Assembly (NCBI GenBank): GCA_965197475.1
Contig: CBDANF010000002.1
Span: forward strand, 1,184,001 to 1,248,000
DNA: 64,000 nucleotides
Reading direction: 5' to 3'
From: Candidatus Poribacteria bacterium
GTDB taxonomy: Bacteria; Poribacteria; WGA-4E; WGA-3G
Part shown: in pieces, positions 39,540 through 50,962 of the stretch
Numbering within the stretch: position 1 is the stretch's first letter
How the letters are laid out: every line of letters begins with the position of its first letter
The notes under the pieces: generated by a model
What the model was told of the DNA's origin: nothing
What the model saw: the letters and a program-made list of their open reading frames with translations, nothing else
Databases searched by the model: none
Program-made: the position numbers and the translations under genes

Positions 39540-39848
39540 ATGAGCATCCTTGATGAAATCTACACCAAAATCGTAAATTGGCAATTTGAACTTTTGCTAC
39601 ACGTCAGTACAAGGAAAATGTCTAACAAAGCAGGCTGGGATGAAATCCTAATTGATCAGAAGGTTACGTACACGCTTGAAATGTATGGGAAGTTGTTCTT
39701 AATTAAAAATGTACCTGCCCGTATCAACGTTGAAACAGGAGAACAATTCTTTTCTCCGAAAACTGTTGACCGTTTTCAACAAATTGTGTGGAACCAGCAG
39801 CAACCCGTTAGAACTGTTACACTGCCTGTATATGAGTATACAAATTAA
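39540..39848 (+). CDS. YgiT/MqsA-like antitoxin domain with short toxin-like N-terminal remnant
   Basis: IKNVPARINVETGEQFFSPKT...PVYEY pattern. Confidence 0.6.
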   Translation: MSILDEIYTKIVNWQFELLLHVSTRKMSNKAGWDEILIDQKVTYTLEMYGKLFLIKNVPARINVETGEQFFSPKTVDRFQQIVWNQQQPVRTVTLPVYEYTN

Positions 39849-39895
39849 CATAACGATACTTATAATTTCTTTTGAGTTACTCGGAGACTTTAATA

Positions 39896-41029
39896 ATGGC
39901 AAGCAAGAATGATATTTTAAGAGTCGGTGTGATTGGACCTGGCGGTGCAGGACGAGGCAACACACTCGGATTTGCAACACGCCCAGATGCGCAAGTAGTC
40001 GCTGCTGCAGACACCCATGAATCCAGTTTAGATGCGTTAGAAAATGCGCTTCAACAGCGGGTTGAAGATTATAAACCCAATAGTTTTACACGTTATCTCG
40101 GTGAACATGAATATGTGGAGATGCTTAATCATGAAGATTTGGATATTGTCGGGGTCTTCTCACCACATTCTTTGCATGATATTCATGTGAAATACGCGCT
40201 CCGCGCGGGTTGCCATGTCATCGTTGAAAAACCGATGGCAAATATTGTCGGTGATGCGATCACAATAACAAAAATCGCAATCAGCAGTGGCTTACACCTC
40301 GTCGGTGGTTATCAACGTCACTACGAAGATACCTATATTACTGGTAGACGTGCAATTGCAGAAGGACTCATCGGTAACTTGAAAAAGTTTGAAGTATATA
40401 TGGCACAGCGATGGGGTGCTGGTGGATGGCGTGGTGATCCTCGCTTCTCTGGCGGTGGGCAACCTAACGACTCAGGAAGCCATCTACAAGATATTTTCCT
40501 TTGGATGACAAATGCTTTACCGTCTGAAGTTTACGGAACAACAGATATGAAATTTGAAGACAATGATGGAAATCTTGTACCGAAATTCGTTGAGATTAAT
40601 TCCTACTCTGATGTCAAACTCGGTAACGGTGCAGAAGGAACAATCACTATTCTCGGCAATACTCGCGTAGGGTTTGAAGAGTGGGTCATTCTTGAAGGGG
40701 ACGAAGGCACGATTGAAATCAAAAATGGTATCCGCTATACGCCCAAGGGCGGCGACGCGCAGCCGCTTTCATATCCACGTCCTGAAGGATATCCACGCAG
40801 CAAGGTTGACCAACTTGTCGGCCTTGTGAAAGGTGAGTACGACACAAATTACACATCCGGTGTCAACGGTATTAGAACCAGTTGGCTAACGAACTCCATT
40901 CTTGAAGCAGGCAAAGGTCCTGATGAAAAAAATCAGGTGGATTGCGACAAACTTATTGAAAAAGAGGGTTATACCCGCCAGAATATTTTAGACCTAATTG
41001 ACCAATGCACATCAAAACAGATGTATTAG
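39896..41029 (+). CDS. Gfo/Idh/MocA oxidoreductase
   Basis: VGVIGPGGAG, VEKP, DSGSH. Confidence 0.9.
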   Translation: MASKNDILRVGVIGPGGAGRGNTLGFATRPDAQVVAAADTHESSLDALENALQQRVEDYKPNSFTRYLGEHEYVEMLNHEDLDIVGVFSPHSLHDIHVKYALRAGCHVIVEKPMANIVGDAITITKIAISSGLHLVGGYQRHYEDTYITGRRAIAEGLIGNLKKFEVYMAQRWGAGGWRGDPRFSGGGQPNDSGSHLQDIFLWMTNALPSEVYGTTDMKFEDNDGNLVPKFVEINSYSDVKLGNGAEGTITILGNTRVGFEEWVILEGDEGTIEIKNGIRYTPKGGDAQPLSYPRPEGYPRSKVDQLVGLVKGEYDTNYTSGVNGIRTSWLTNSILEAGKGPDEKNQVDCDKLIEKEGYTRQNILDLIDQCTSKQMY

Positions 41030-41137
41030 ACCAGAAATATCTCAAGATATGATAGCCCCTGCTTGTCCAGCAAATCAATCATGTGTGAGATAGATATAAA
41101 ACGTTCCTATTAATTCCTACTTTATAAGGAGAAAATC

Positions 41138-43072
41138 ATGAAATTTGTCAACTATTGTCTGCTTATAACTTTTGCCATTTTAACAGTTGCGCAAATCGGT
41201 TGTTTATCCGGTGGTGCGATGGGAACTGCGGAAAAATTAGTTGAGGTGAAAGACTACCGCGGAGCGATAGAAGTTTATCAAAGTGTTGTGGACACCAAAC
41301 CCGGTACTCCAGATGCTCATCAAGCTCTACTTGCCATTGGTAAACTCTCCATTGAGCACATGAATCAACCTTCACAAGCCATTAAGGCTTTTCAAGCAAT
41401 CATCACAGAAGTACCGGAAAGCGATCTAGCTGCAGACGCACGCTACAGCCTCGGAATGCACTACTATCAACAAAAAGATTTTGACGCAGCACAAATTCAA
41501 TTCGATACTATTGTTAACCAATTCCCTAATCTTGAGTTAAGTCACAACGCGCAGCTAATGCTGGCAAAAAGCTATGAGGAAGGGCAAAAATATGAACAAG
41601 CTGTGGAAGTCTTTGATAATTTTGCCAACCGTAACCCGCATAGTGAACGAGCTGTGCAAGCCCTTGCTAATAAAGCGCGGATACAGCGCAAAATCCTTAA
41701 AGATGATGACGAAGCGAAACGCACACTTCAATTTTTGGTTAAAAAGTATGGGAACATTGATGAGGCAAAGTTTCACATTGACAAAGCAAAAGAAGAACTA
41801 AATGAACTCAATGCAGAAATCCCGGAACCAGAAAATCCTGAAGACACACAGCTCGGGCGAGCGATTGCAAGACGAAAAGCACGCCGTGAAATGGATCGCC
41901 CTAAAGATGTTGAAAAAAGTCCGGTCATGAAAACCGACACTTCTGTAGAAGACTCCGGTTTTGGAATTGCCGCAGAGGATATAATGAGAAACTTTGGTGG
42001 TGATACTGCTATTGCGGGAGACGAAGAAGGTACCTATTACGATGCCGAACTGATGATCGCGGGATTCTTTTACGGTGACGAAAACTTTCGTGATGCAGGT
42101 GTGTTATACTTTGATGGAATTGCACGTGCAGAGGCAGAAAAGGTGAAAATTGACCCGTACAATTACGTACGTCTCTCAATTTGTTACCGAAAACTCGGGA
42201 TGCATCAAAAGGCAGCAAAAGTCCTTGAAAAAGCATCCAAGAAAGATAGCAAAGTAATTGATTCGGTAATCACTACTGGCGAGACTCAATTTACGAATGA
42301 GGAATATGAAAAAGCACTCGAAACTTTTACCTCTGTTGCCGGCTTGAATCGGAACAAAGATGGAGAAATATATTGGTATCTTGGAAAGACGTATGAAATG
42401 CTTGGAGATTACGAAAAAGAGAGAGATTCTTTTGAACGAGCTGTCGCAATAAATCCTGAGGATACGGATGCGTTGCAAAGCCTCGCGGAAGTACTGGCGT
42501 TTCGTTTAAAAGATCGGAAAACTGCCGGTATTTTCCAAGACCTCGTTGATCAGAAAAAGGATTCTTTCATTACACTGAAAACTCTTGGAGACGTTTGTTA
42601 TAAACACGGTGAATACAATAAAGCACAGATCAAGTATAAAGCTGCTGCCAGAACCGCAAAACGTCTTTTGGATCAGTCAGAAAATGTTGCGGAAAAAAAG
42701 ATTCTGACGCATCAATACGGTTATGGAACTCTTCTTGCTGCAATCGCAATCTTCAAATCAGGTAGAGAAGAGGACGCGCAAAAGATGATTGACACTTTTG
42801 CTAATCAATATCCCGATCACCCACTGCTTCCTTATGCAAAAGGTGAGATTGCACTAATCAAAGGCGACGAGAAAGTTGCCGTTGATGCTTTCAAAGAATC
42901 TATTGAGAAAGACCCACGCTTAGATATTCCTGTGATAGCTCTTGGGGATTATTATGTGTCTAAAGGTTACAATGACGAAGCTATCACGCTATGGGAAAAC
43001 TATCTAGAAAAGGATAAGTACAATGCTAAAGTACTCCGCCGGTTAAAACCGTTAAAAGGAAACGGCGAGTAA
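41138..43072 (+). CDS. TPR lipoprotein
   Basis: Lipobox QIGC; many TPRs; AAGGAG RBS. Confidence 0.85.
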   Translation: MKFVNYCLLITFAILTVAQIGCLSGGAMGTAEKLVEVKDYRGAIEVYQSVVDTKPGTPDAHQALLAIGKLSIEHMNQPSQAIKAFQAIITEVPESDLAADARYSLGMHYYQQKDFDAAQIQFDTIVNQFPNLELSHNAQLMLAKSYEEGQKYEQAVEVFDNFANRNPHSERAVQALANKARIQRKILKDDDEAKRTLQFLVKKYGNIDEAKFHIDKAKEELNELNAEIPEPENPEDTQLGRAIARRKARREMDRPKDVEKSPVMKTDTSVEDSGFGIAAEDIMRNFGGDTAIAGDEEGTYYDAELMIAGFFYGDENFRDAGVLYFDGIARAEAEKVKIDPYNYVRLSICYRKLGMHQKAAKVLEKASKKDSKVIDSVITTGETQFTNEEYEKALETFTSVAGLNRNKDGEIYWYLGKTYEMLGDYEKERDSFERAVAINPEDTDALQSLAEVLAFRLKDRKTAGIFQDLVDQKKDSFITLKTLGDVCYKHGEYNKAQIKYKAAARTAKRLLDQSENVAEKKILTHQYGYGTLLAAIAIFKSGREEDAQKMIDTFANQYPDHPLLPYAKGEIALIKGDEKVAVDAFKESIEKDPRLDIPVIALGDYYVSKGYNDEAITLWENYLEKDKYNAKVLRRLKPLKGNGE

Positions 43073-43139
43073 AAAACACATTCGATTACCCTAATGAAGA
43101 TTGTAACTTCATGAAATAATCTGTAATGAGAAAAGTTTT

Positions 43140-43179
43140 CGTGTGTTAAGCAGGTTTTTTAAAACCTGCTTAACACACG
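43140..43179. terminator. 19-bp-arm palindrome / terminator
   Basis: CGTGTGTTAAGCAGGTTTT-TT-AAAACCTGCTTAACACACG. Confidence 0.7.
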
Positions 43180-43246
43180 GTTTGTAAGAAACTCCACATT
43201 ACAATAGGACTCCGAAATTCTACGTTTACTATTTTTTCAAAAAAAC

Positions 43247-43275
43247 TTGACGTTTAACCGTAAATTATGTATAAT
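43247..43275 (+). promoter_or_regulatory. rho promoter
   Basis: TTGACG-N17-TATAAT. Confidence 0.75.
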
Positions 43276-43701
43276 ATACATTGATATGATTCAATCAATG
43301 GATCAAACATTCGGTCCCGACACAAAAGGATGTCAAATTCCTGCCAACACTTTCAGACGGACCCCAAAAACAAACCCAAATTCTGCTTTCTGTCAGACAG
43401 GTACCCTCCAAAACATATCGGATGCAACTGCTGGCTGTTGTTTGCCCACGGGGCACGATGAAAATTTGCCCTACGATGTATAATACGTTCCAAAAATACA
43501 TTTTTATTCAATTTTATATTTACTCCGGCATCATAGACCGGGATATCTTTACTATATTGAGACAGTTCGCAGCATCTTGCGATTTCTGTCAGATTCACAA
43601 GTATTCACCTGATTCTGTTTTTTATATTTCGCGTTGACGTAGCAATGTTTGCGCACCAAAAATCTCAAATGGAGACAGGTATTACTGAGGAGTATGAAAC
43701 T

Positions 43702-45063
43702 ATGGAGAGCTTGGAAATAGGCAAGCTCCAAGAAATGGAGATTTCAGCCCTAAATACCCTGGCACAATCCTACGGTATTGAAGACAGTAATGGATTACAG
43801 ATACAGAAGGATGAACTCATTACTCGGATTCTTGAACAGGCCACTGAACAAAATATACCTCTTTATGGAAAAGGGGTGTTGCAGATTTTAGATGGCCGAG
43901 ATCAGAACTACGGTTTTCTTAGGTCTCCGCGTTCTAATTATTTGCAGAGTGATGAAGATATTTATGTTTCTCATTCACAAATACGTTTGTTTGGTTTGCA
44001 AACCGGACATGTTGTTGAAGGTTTGATCCGTCCTCCTAAGAAACCGGAGAACAAAATAGAACATAAGAAACCGGAGAACAAAACAGAACGTTACTATGCT
44101 TTGTTACAGATTGAGAAAGTCAACGGTCAACCACCGGAATTAGTTAAGGCCAGAATCCCCTTTGACAGTCCAATGCCGGTTTTTCCCTATGAACAGTTTA
44201 AACTTGAACACAAACCCTCCGAATTCGGTACGCGTATTATTGACCTCATAGCACCCATCGGTAAAGGACAGCGAGGTTTAATTGTTGCACCACCTTATTG
44301 TGGAAAAACAACCTTACTCAAAAATATCGCCTGCGGTATTGAATCGAATCATCCGGAAACTTCACTCATCTTTTTACTAATTGATGAACGACCAGAAGAG
44401 GTTACCGATGTTATCCGGACGGTTAAAGGTGAAGTCATCAGTTCTACCTTTGACGAACCCCCCGAACGACACATACAGGTTTCAGATATGGCACTCGAAA
44501 AAGCCAAACGCATGGTTGAATGCGGGCAAGATGTTGTGATCTTACTTGACAGTATGACTCGTCTTGCAAGGGCACACAATATAACAACACCACACAGTGG
44601 GAAAACCCTTACGGGTGGGTTAGATGCTATGGCGTTTGTGAAACCCCGCCGATTCTGCGGTGCTGCACGCAAGTTTGAGGAGGGTGGAAGCTTAACGATT
44701 ATTGCTTCTGTTCTTGTTGATACTGAAAGCCGATCCGATACTTACATCTATGAGGAATTCAAAGGTACAGCCAACATGGAAATCCACATGGATCGTACTT
44801 TGTTAGAACTACAGATTTTTCCAGCCATCAACATTGGAAAATCAAGAACCCGTCGTGAAGAACTGTTGTTAAAACCTGATGTCCTTAACATGGTTTGGGC
44901 TTTGCGAAAGTTCACAAGCCCGATGAGTCCAGCTGAATCAATGCAACTTTTAATTAAAGAGTTCGGCAAGACTGAGACGAATGAGGAATTTCTTAAAAAT
45001 ATGGTCGAAGATGCTGGACAAACAGGAAAACAGCGTTCACAATCATCCAGAGCTGGAAAATGA
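43702..45063 (+). CDS. rho: Transcription termination factor Rho
   Basis: [38 protein letters not shown]. Confidence 0.97.
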   Translation: MESLEIGKLQEMEISALNTLAQSYGIEDSNGLQIQKDELITRILEQATEQNIPLYGKGVLQILDGRDQNYGFLRSPRSNYLQSDEDIYVSHSQIRLFGLQTGHVVEGLIRPPKKPENKIEHKKPENKTERYYALLQIEKVNGQPPELVKARIPFDSPMPVFPYEQFKLEHKPSEFGTRIIDLIAPIGKGQRGLIVAPPYCGKTTLLKNIACGIESNHPETSLIFLLIDERPEEVTDVIRTVKGEVISSTFDEPPERHIQVSDMALEKAKRMVECGQDVVILLDSMTRLARAHNITTPHSGKTLTGGLDAMAFVKPRRFCGAARKFEEGGSLTIIASVLVDTESRSDTYIYEEFKGTANMEIHMDRTLLELQIFPAINIGKSRTRREELLLKPDVLNMVWALRKFTSPMSPAESMQLLIKEFGKTETNEEFLKNMVEDAGQTGKQRSQSSRAGK

Positions 45064-45360
45064 GAATTACGTCCTAATGTGCCATAAGTTTTTAGACATC
45101 TTTATCTGATCTTAACGGAGATATTAATTGAAAATTATGAGATAACGCTCGGAACAAGTTCCAGTAGGTTGGGTAGAACGGAAACCACAATAAAATGAGG
45201 TGCTAAAAAGAAGTTGATGCCTCATTTAAACTGAAATTTCCGAAAAATGAGTGAAACCCAACTCTCTTATTTTCTCTTCTACTTACACTTGGTATCTAAT
45301 ATTGAACTCACGCGTTATTACTAACGACCTAAATACACTAATGAAAAAAGGAGCAATTTT

Positions 45361-45573
45361 ATGAAACCTGAAATCCACCCAGAGATAACAGAATGCACTA
45401 TCAATTGCGTTTGTGGTGCTACATATCAAACGGTTACAATCCAATCAGAGATGCGTGTAGACGTTTGTGCGAAATGTCACCCATTTTACACGGGACAACA
45501 AACACGTTTTATTGATACTGCTGGACGCGTTGAGAGTTTCCGTCGTCGTTATGGACTCACTGATAAGTCGTAA
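45361..45573 (+). CDS. rpmE: 50S ribosomal protein L31 (Zn-binding type)
   Basis: [20 protein letters not shown]. Confidence 0.97.
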   Translation: MKPEIHPEITECTINCVCGATYQTVTIQSEMRVDVCAKCHPFYTGQQTRFIDTAGRVESFRRRYGLTDKS

Positions 45574-45727
45574 CATTTCGAAAATAGAATGGATTATCCA
45601 AGCTTTCTCATAGTTTATTTCAATCGCGCAATTCATAGGGTTTAACAGTCTACAGATTCGTTTGACGCAGTGGAAGCCCAAAGCCAAATTTATGAGATGT
45701 AAAGTAATCTCAGCCAAGGGAATTGAA

Positions 45728-46798
45728 ATGTTCGATAAACTCAAAGACATTCAAAATAAATATATAGATGTCGAAAAATCATTAAGTGATCCTGTACAAA
45801 TTTCCAATCCTCAACGTCTGCAGGAACTTTCAAAGATGCACGCTGAACTTTCGCCTATTGTGTCTGCATATAAGGATTATCAACAGATGGAAACTGCAAT
45901 CGAAGAAACAGAGACACTGTTAGTAGATGAGAGTGATGCAGACATGTTGGAGTTAGCTCAAGAGGAGATGAATAGTCTCAAGAAGCAAAAAGAGGAACTG
46001 ACAGAAACACTCAAGATGCTTCTTATCCCAAAAGACCCGAATGATGATAAAAATGTTATTATAGAAATCCGAGCTGGTACTGGCGGAGAGGAAGCGAGCC
46101 TTTTTGCAGCAGAAATATTTCGCTTGTACACCCGATATGCAGAAAGAAAAGGCTGGAAAGTCGAAATGCTCAGCGCAAATGCTACCGGGTTGAAAGGATT
46201 TAAAGAGGTCATTTTTTCAATTGAAGGGAAAGCTGCTTATAGTCATCTCAAATATGAAGGCGGAATTCACCGTGTCCAACGAATTCCTGCCACCGAAACA
46301 AGCGGACGAATTCACACCTCTGCTGCCACAGTTGCTGTGCTTCCTGAAGCGGAAGAACTTGAATTGAAAATTGATGAAGCTGAATTACGGATTGATACCT
46401 ACCGATCTTCGGGACCTGGCGGGCAAAGTGTTAACACTACGGACTCTGCTATCCGCATTACGCATATCCCAACAGGTATAATTGTAACCCAACAGGACGA
46501 AAAATCGCAGCACAAAAATCGCGCAAAGGCGATGAAGATCCTCCGAGCACGACTCCAAGAAAGAAAACAAGCGGAGCAGGATAGCGAGCGCGCGGAAACC
46601 CGCCGATCCATGGTTGGTAGTGGGGACAGGAGCGAAAAAATTCGCACATATAACTTCCCGCAATCTCGTGTTACGGATCACCGTATCCAGTTTAGCACTT
46701 ATCAGTTAGATGCTGTTTTAGATGGCGAATTAGATCAGTTTATTGAGCGGTTAACAACTGCTGACCAAGCTGAAATGTTAAAAAACGAAGAAAACTAA
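45728..46798 (+). CDS. prfA: Peptide chain release factor 1
   Basis: PAT motif, GGQ, RSEKIRTYNFPQ. Confidence 0.97.
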   Translation: MFDKLKDIQNKYIDVEKSLSDPVQISNPQRLQELSKMHAELSPIVSAYKDYQQMETAIEETETLLVDESDADMLELAQEEMNSLKKQKEELTETLKMLLIPKDPNDDKNVIIEIRAGTGGEEASLFAAEIFRLYTRYAERKGWKVEMLSANATGLKGFKEVIFSIEGKAAYSHLKYEGGIHRVQRIPATETSGRIHTSAATVAVLPEAEELELKIDEAELRIDTYRSSGPGGQSVNTTDSAIRITHIPTGIIVTQQDEKSQHKNRAKAMKILRARLQERKQAEQDSERAETRRSMVGSGDRSEKIRTYNFPQSRVTDHRIQFSTYQLDAVLDGELDQFIERLTTADQAEMLKNEEN

Positions 46799-47044
46799 GT
46801 TAAAGGTAGTAGGCACGCTCCGCGTGCCGTAACCGAGTAAAATAGCGACAATGCCATAAGTGAGTTATAATTGAGACTTCAAACCAGTTATTATAGGCGC
46901 ACTTTGTAAGCGCGCAGTAATTGAGACTTCAAAATTTGAATCAAGTAAGGACAAAAAACTCACAGGAGCAAGCCTCTTCCGCCTTCCCAATTTTTACCTT
47001 CTCTATCTTACGCTACGGAGTTCCCTGAAATCAGATAAGAATTT

Positions 47045-47914
47045 ATGGCTACCAAAATCTGGCACGTGCTTGAACTCCTTGAGTGGACCACAGGTTATTT
47101 TGAAAAGCATAACATTCCCAACCCCCGATTAGATGCTGAGGTGTTACTCGGACACCTGCTCAAAAAAAGTCGTTTGCAACTCTACCTTCATTTTGATATG
47201 CCAGTTTTTCAGGATGATCTTACGTTGTTCCGAGAACTCATTAAGAAACGAATAGCTCGGACACCGATCAGTTATCTCACGAACCGCAAGGAGTTCCTGT
47301 CGCTGGATTTCTACGTTGATGAAAGAGTGCTTATTCCGCGCCCGGAAACGGAATTTATCGTAGAAACAGTTCTTAAGGCAAAAGGGGAGACCTCCCAACG
47401 TTTATTGGATATAGGTACGGGAAGTGGTGTTATTGCGACTGCCCTCGCGGCCAACAAGCCTGAATGGGAAATTATCGCAACCGATATATCTAAAGATGCG
47501 TTGGCGGTTGCTGAAAAAAATAGAGATGCACATGACTCCACAGAACGTATTACCTTTTTACACGGTGATCTATTTGAACCGATAAAGACCCTACAGTCCA
47601 CACGATTTAATTGGATTGTTTCTAACCCACCCTACGTTATGACCACCGCACACGATACCCTAAGTCCGGATGTCCGTGACTATGAACCGCACATTGCGCT
47701 GTTCGCAGGTGAAGATGGTTTATCTATCATTCGCCGACTGATTGCTGAAGCTCCGAATTACCTCCATCCTGAAGGTAAACTCATTTTTGAAATTGGTGAC
47801 ACACAAGCAGAGTCGGTTAAAGCGTTGCTTGAGCAACAACCTGCATATCAGAATTATCGGTTTATAAAGGATTACGCTGGAAAAGACAGAGTTGTTCTTG
47901 CGAGTGTGAAATAA
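47045..47914 (+). CDS. prmC: Release factor glutamine methyltransferase
   Basis: LIPRPETE, DIGTGSG, NPPY; follows prfA. Confidence 0.95.
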   Translation: MATKIWHVLELLEWTTGYFEKHNIPNPRLDAEVLLGHLLKKSRLQLYLHFDMPVFQDDLTLFRELIKKRIARTPISYLTNRKEFLSLDFYVDERVLIPRPETEFIVETVLKAKGETSQRLLDIGTGSGVIATALAANKPEWEIIATDISKDALAVAEKNRDAHDSTERITFLHGDLFEPIKTLQSTRFNWIVSNPPYVMTTAHDTLSPDVRDYEPHIALFAGEDGLSIIRRLIAEAPNYLHPEGKLIFEIGDTQAESVKALLEQQPAYQNYRFIKDYAGKDRVVLASVK

Positions 47915-47960
47915 ACGTGGATATTTTTGACATCTACTTTCCTAACGCACGCGTCAAATA

Positions 47961-49709
47961 CTAATCTGGTCGCAGGCGAGATAACCCAAAAAACAGTAGA
48001 AAAATGACTCCTGTTCCAATTACTATTCCGATCCATGATGGCAAACCCAGCGCGGCTGGAAGATAACCACAAATTAAGGCAATTACAGCGACAGTAAGCG
48101 CATAAGGCATTTGGGTTCTCACATGATGCATCGGATCACAACTACTCACAATCGCACTCAGGATAGTTGTGTCCGAAATTGGCGAACAGTGATCCCCAAA
48201 GATTGCGCCATCCAACACAGCACCAAGACAGATGATTGTTGTGATCCCGTAACTATTACTGTCAAGTAAATATGCTACTGGAATCGCTGTCGGAATAAGA
48301 ATCGCCATCGTCCCCCAACTGGTGCCGGTCGCAAAAGAGGTAAGTGATGCAACAACAAAAACAAGTGCCGGAAACCATAATGGAGACACCACATCACTGA
48401 GTATTGATGCGATAAACTGTCCTGTCAGCAGTTTATCACAACTCGCTTTTATGCCCCACGCACATAATATAATTCCTATCGGTAGGAGCGTTCCTGAAAG
48501 TCCCTCTTTGACAGCCTTGCCAATTTCTGGAAAAGACATTTTAGAAAACAGACGCGCGCAAACGATTGCGGCAACGAAAGCAGTTATGGCAGAACTGGCG
48601 AGTATTTTGACATTATTCGCATTTGAAAGTGCATCCCGCCACGAAGTCAAGTAGTAAATAGGTTTTGAAAACACAAATTGCCACATTGACAAAGAGAAAA
48701 GAGATGTGTTTTCTTGCGGATCTATACTTAAGCCATTAAGAAATTCATTCCTGTGGCCGTCTATCCATAATCCACCAAGAATCAACCCAAAAAGAAGTGA
48801 CAATGGAATAACCGCTGAAAAAATCTGTGTATTACCGTTTGTTGTGCTAACATTTGCTGCAATACCACCCATAACTTTCGCATCGGGAGCTGAAACATTT
48901 CCGGTGTCCCGAGCACGGGTTTGCGCACTCCGCATCATTCCGTAATCCCTTCCGCTGAGGGTATTAATAAGAACGAAGATGATGGTTAAAATACAATAGA
49001 AGCGGAACGGCAGCGCATCAAAGAACATAGAATAGCCATCACTCGCTAAGCCTATATTTTCTGCAACTCCGTCAAACAGTCCCACCTCATACCCGATCCA
49101 TGTGCTAACGAAGGCAAGTCCAGCAATCGGTGCACTGGTAGAATCTACAATATACGCTAACTTTTCACGACTTACTTTATAACGATCGGTGATGGGGCGC
49201 ATCGTAGGACCAACGAGCATTGCGTTGCTGTAGTCGCCGATGAAAATAATTGTTCCCATCACAGCAGTGATGAATTGGGTAGAACGGGGTCCCCTTGCAA
49301 GGTGAGATAAAAGTGAAATAGCACTCGCAATTCCTCCAGACGCAATTACCACGGAAATCATAGACATCATGAACAGCACAAAGAGGATTACCCAGATGTT
49401 GAATAAGTCAATGCCATCATTCGTAACAGTAACTGCACGAGCAAACCAATAAACCTCCAATACAAACGCTTTCAATGACAACTGTTGCTGGCTCCATGCA
49501 AGGATAATTCCTGCCCCCACTGCTACGCCAAGACTCAAAAACAGACGCGTTGTTATCACGGCCAATGTGATTGCAATCAGCGGCGGAATAACGCTATACC
49601 ACACAACTATCCCATCATCTGTTGTGACATTCGGAAACTGCCACATCAGCACAATGCATATCGCTAATAAGATTGGCACACATATCAGGGTTTTATGTTT
49701 GTAGTTCAA
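47961..49709 (-). CDS. Na+/H+ antiporter NhaC-family transporter
   Basis: SREKLAYIVDSTSAP, TGTSWGT, GDHCSPISDTT. Confidence 0.9.
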   Translation of the reverse strand: MNYKHKTLICVPILLAICIVLMWQFPNVTTDDGIVVWYSVIPPLIAITLAVITTRLFLSLGVAVGAGIILAWSQQQLSLKAFVLEVYWFARAVTVTNDGIDLFNIWVILFVLFMMSMISVVIASGGIASAISLLSHLARGPRSTQFITAVMGTIIFIGDYSNAMLVGPTMRPITDRYKVSREKLAYIVDSTSAPIAGLAFVSTWIGYEVGLFDGVAENIGLASDGYSMFFDALPFRFYCILTIIFVLINTLSGRDYGMMRSAQTRARDTGNVSAPDAKVMGGIAANVSTTNGNTQIFSAVIPLSLLFGLILGGLWIDGHRNEFLNGLSIDPQENTSLFSLSMWQFVFSKPIYYLTSWRDALSNANNVKILASSAITAFVAAIVCARLFSKMSFPEIGKAVKEGLSGTLLPIGIILCAWGIKASCDKLLTGQFIASILSDVVSPLWFPALVFVVASLTSFATGTSWGTMAILIPTAIPVAYLLDSNSYGITTIICLGAVLDGAIFGDHCSPISDTTILSAIVSSCDPMHHVRTQMPYALTVAVIALICGYLPAALGLPSWIGIVIGTGVIFLLFFGLSRLRPD

Positions 49710-49989
49710 AGATTACCTCAAGACAAGCGTAAAAGAGCATTTGATGCACCAGTATTTTGTTTGCATAAAATATCATGAAAGTGTAAAAAAATCAAGATTT
49801 CCTTTTATAAAAATAAAAATTTGTAGACATCTACTTGTAAGCGCGCTGATTGACGGTGTATCGTTAATTGAAAAAATTACTATAGTTTGATTATATCGGT
49901 ATCAAAGTTAATCAAAATCTGCTTGCAATATATCTAATCATATTGTAAAATATGCACAAGTTTTACACAATTTCAGGAGAACCTCCCAA

Positions 49990-50940
49990 ATGCTTAAAGC
50001 TGGATTTATCGGAGCTGGGGGACGCAGCCAAGGTGCGCATTACCCAAGTGTCAACCGTCTTGAAGATGATGTTGAGATGTCCGCAGCGTGTGAACTTGAC
50101 GAGGGAAAACTTGCACAGGTCGCACAAAAATATGAGTTTCCTCACACATTCACCGACCACCGTAAGATGTTGGATACACTCGATTTAGATGTCGTTTATT
50201 GCGTCATGAATGAGAAATGGATTTTGCAACCGGCATTAGACTGTCTGAATGCAGGAAAGCATCTGTTTATAGAAAAACCTCCTGGCGCAACGAGCGATGA
50301 AACACAACAATTGTTGGAAGCAGCAGTAGCGAACGATGTCTACTGTATGGTTGGCTTTCAACGTAGATATGCTGCAGTCACACGAGAAGCAATACGGCGA
50401 GTCTCAGAAAAAGGTCCCGTTTCATTAGCTGTCACAACATTTAACAAGCAGATTCTCGGTGGTAACCGAGAATTCACAACAACGCTTTGGAATGATGTCT
50501 GTCACGTTGTTGATCTACTACGTTATATGGCAGGTGGTGAACCGGTTGAAGTTACAGCACATCGCGACATCTTCGGTGCGGAACAGCGCAACTTCTACAC
50601 CGCTTTTGTTCGTTTTGATAATAATGCCACTGGCGTAGTCTTCGGCAATCGGGCATCAGGCGGACGTGTTCTGCGCTCTGAATTGCATGGAGTCGGTATC
50701 GGATGTTACATGAAAATCCCCGAAGAGATCGAAATTTATGAGAATAACCAAAGGAATGTAATGGGAGGTTGGGAAGTAGACGGCGTTGACCAACGCGATT
50801 CTGCAAGTTACGAAGGTGTGCTTACAATGCATCGCCACTTCGCAGACTGCGTACGGAATAAAAAAGTTCCGCTTACTGATCTTCGTGATGTCATTCATTC
50901 TATTCATCTTGTTGACCAAATAGAGGGTCCCTTACCCTAA
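49990..50940 (+). CDS. Gfo/Idh/MocA oxidoreductase
   Basis: GFIGAGG, IEKPP, GFQRRY. Confidence 0.9.
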   Translation: MLKAGFIGAGGRSQGAHYPSVNRLEDDVEMSAACELDEGKLAQVAQKYEFPHTFTDHRKMLDTLDLDVVYCVMNEKWILQPALDCLNAGKHLFIEKPPGATSDETQQLLEAAVANDVYCMVGFQRRYAAVTREAIRRVSEKGPVSLAVTTFNKQILGGNREFTTTLWNDVCHVVDLLRYMAGGEPVEVTAHRDIFGAEQRNFYTAFVRFDNNATGVVFGNRASGGRVLRSELHGVGIGCYMKIPEEIEIYENNQRNVMGGWEVDGVDQRDSASYEGVLTMHRHFADCVRNKKVPLTDLRDVIHSIHLVDQIEGPLP

Positions 50941-50962
50941 CATAAATTAGGAGGCAAAATAG

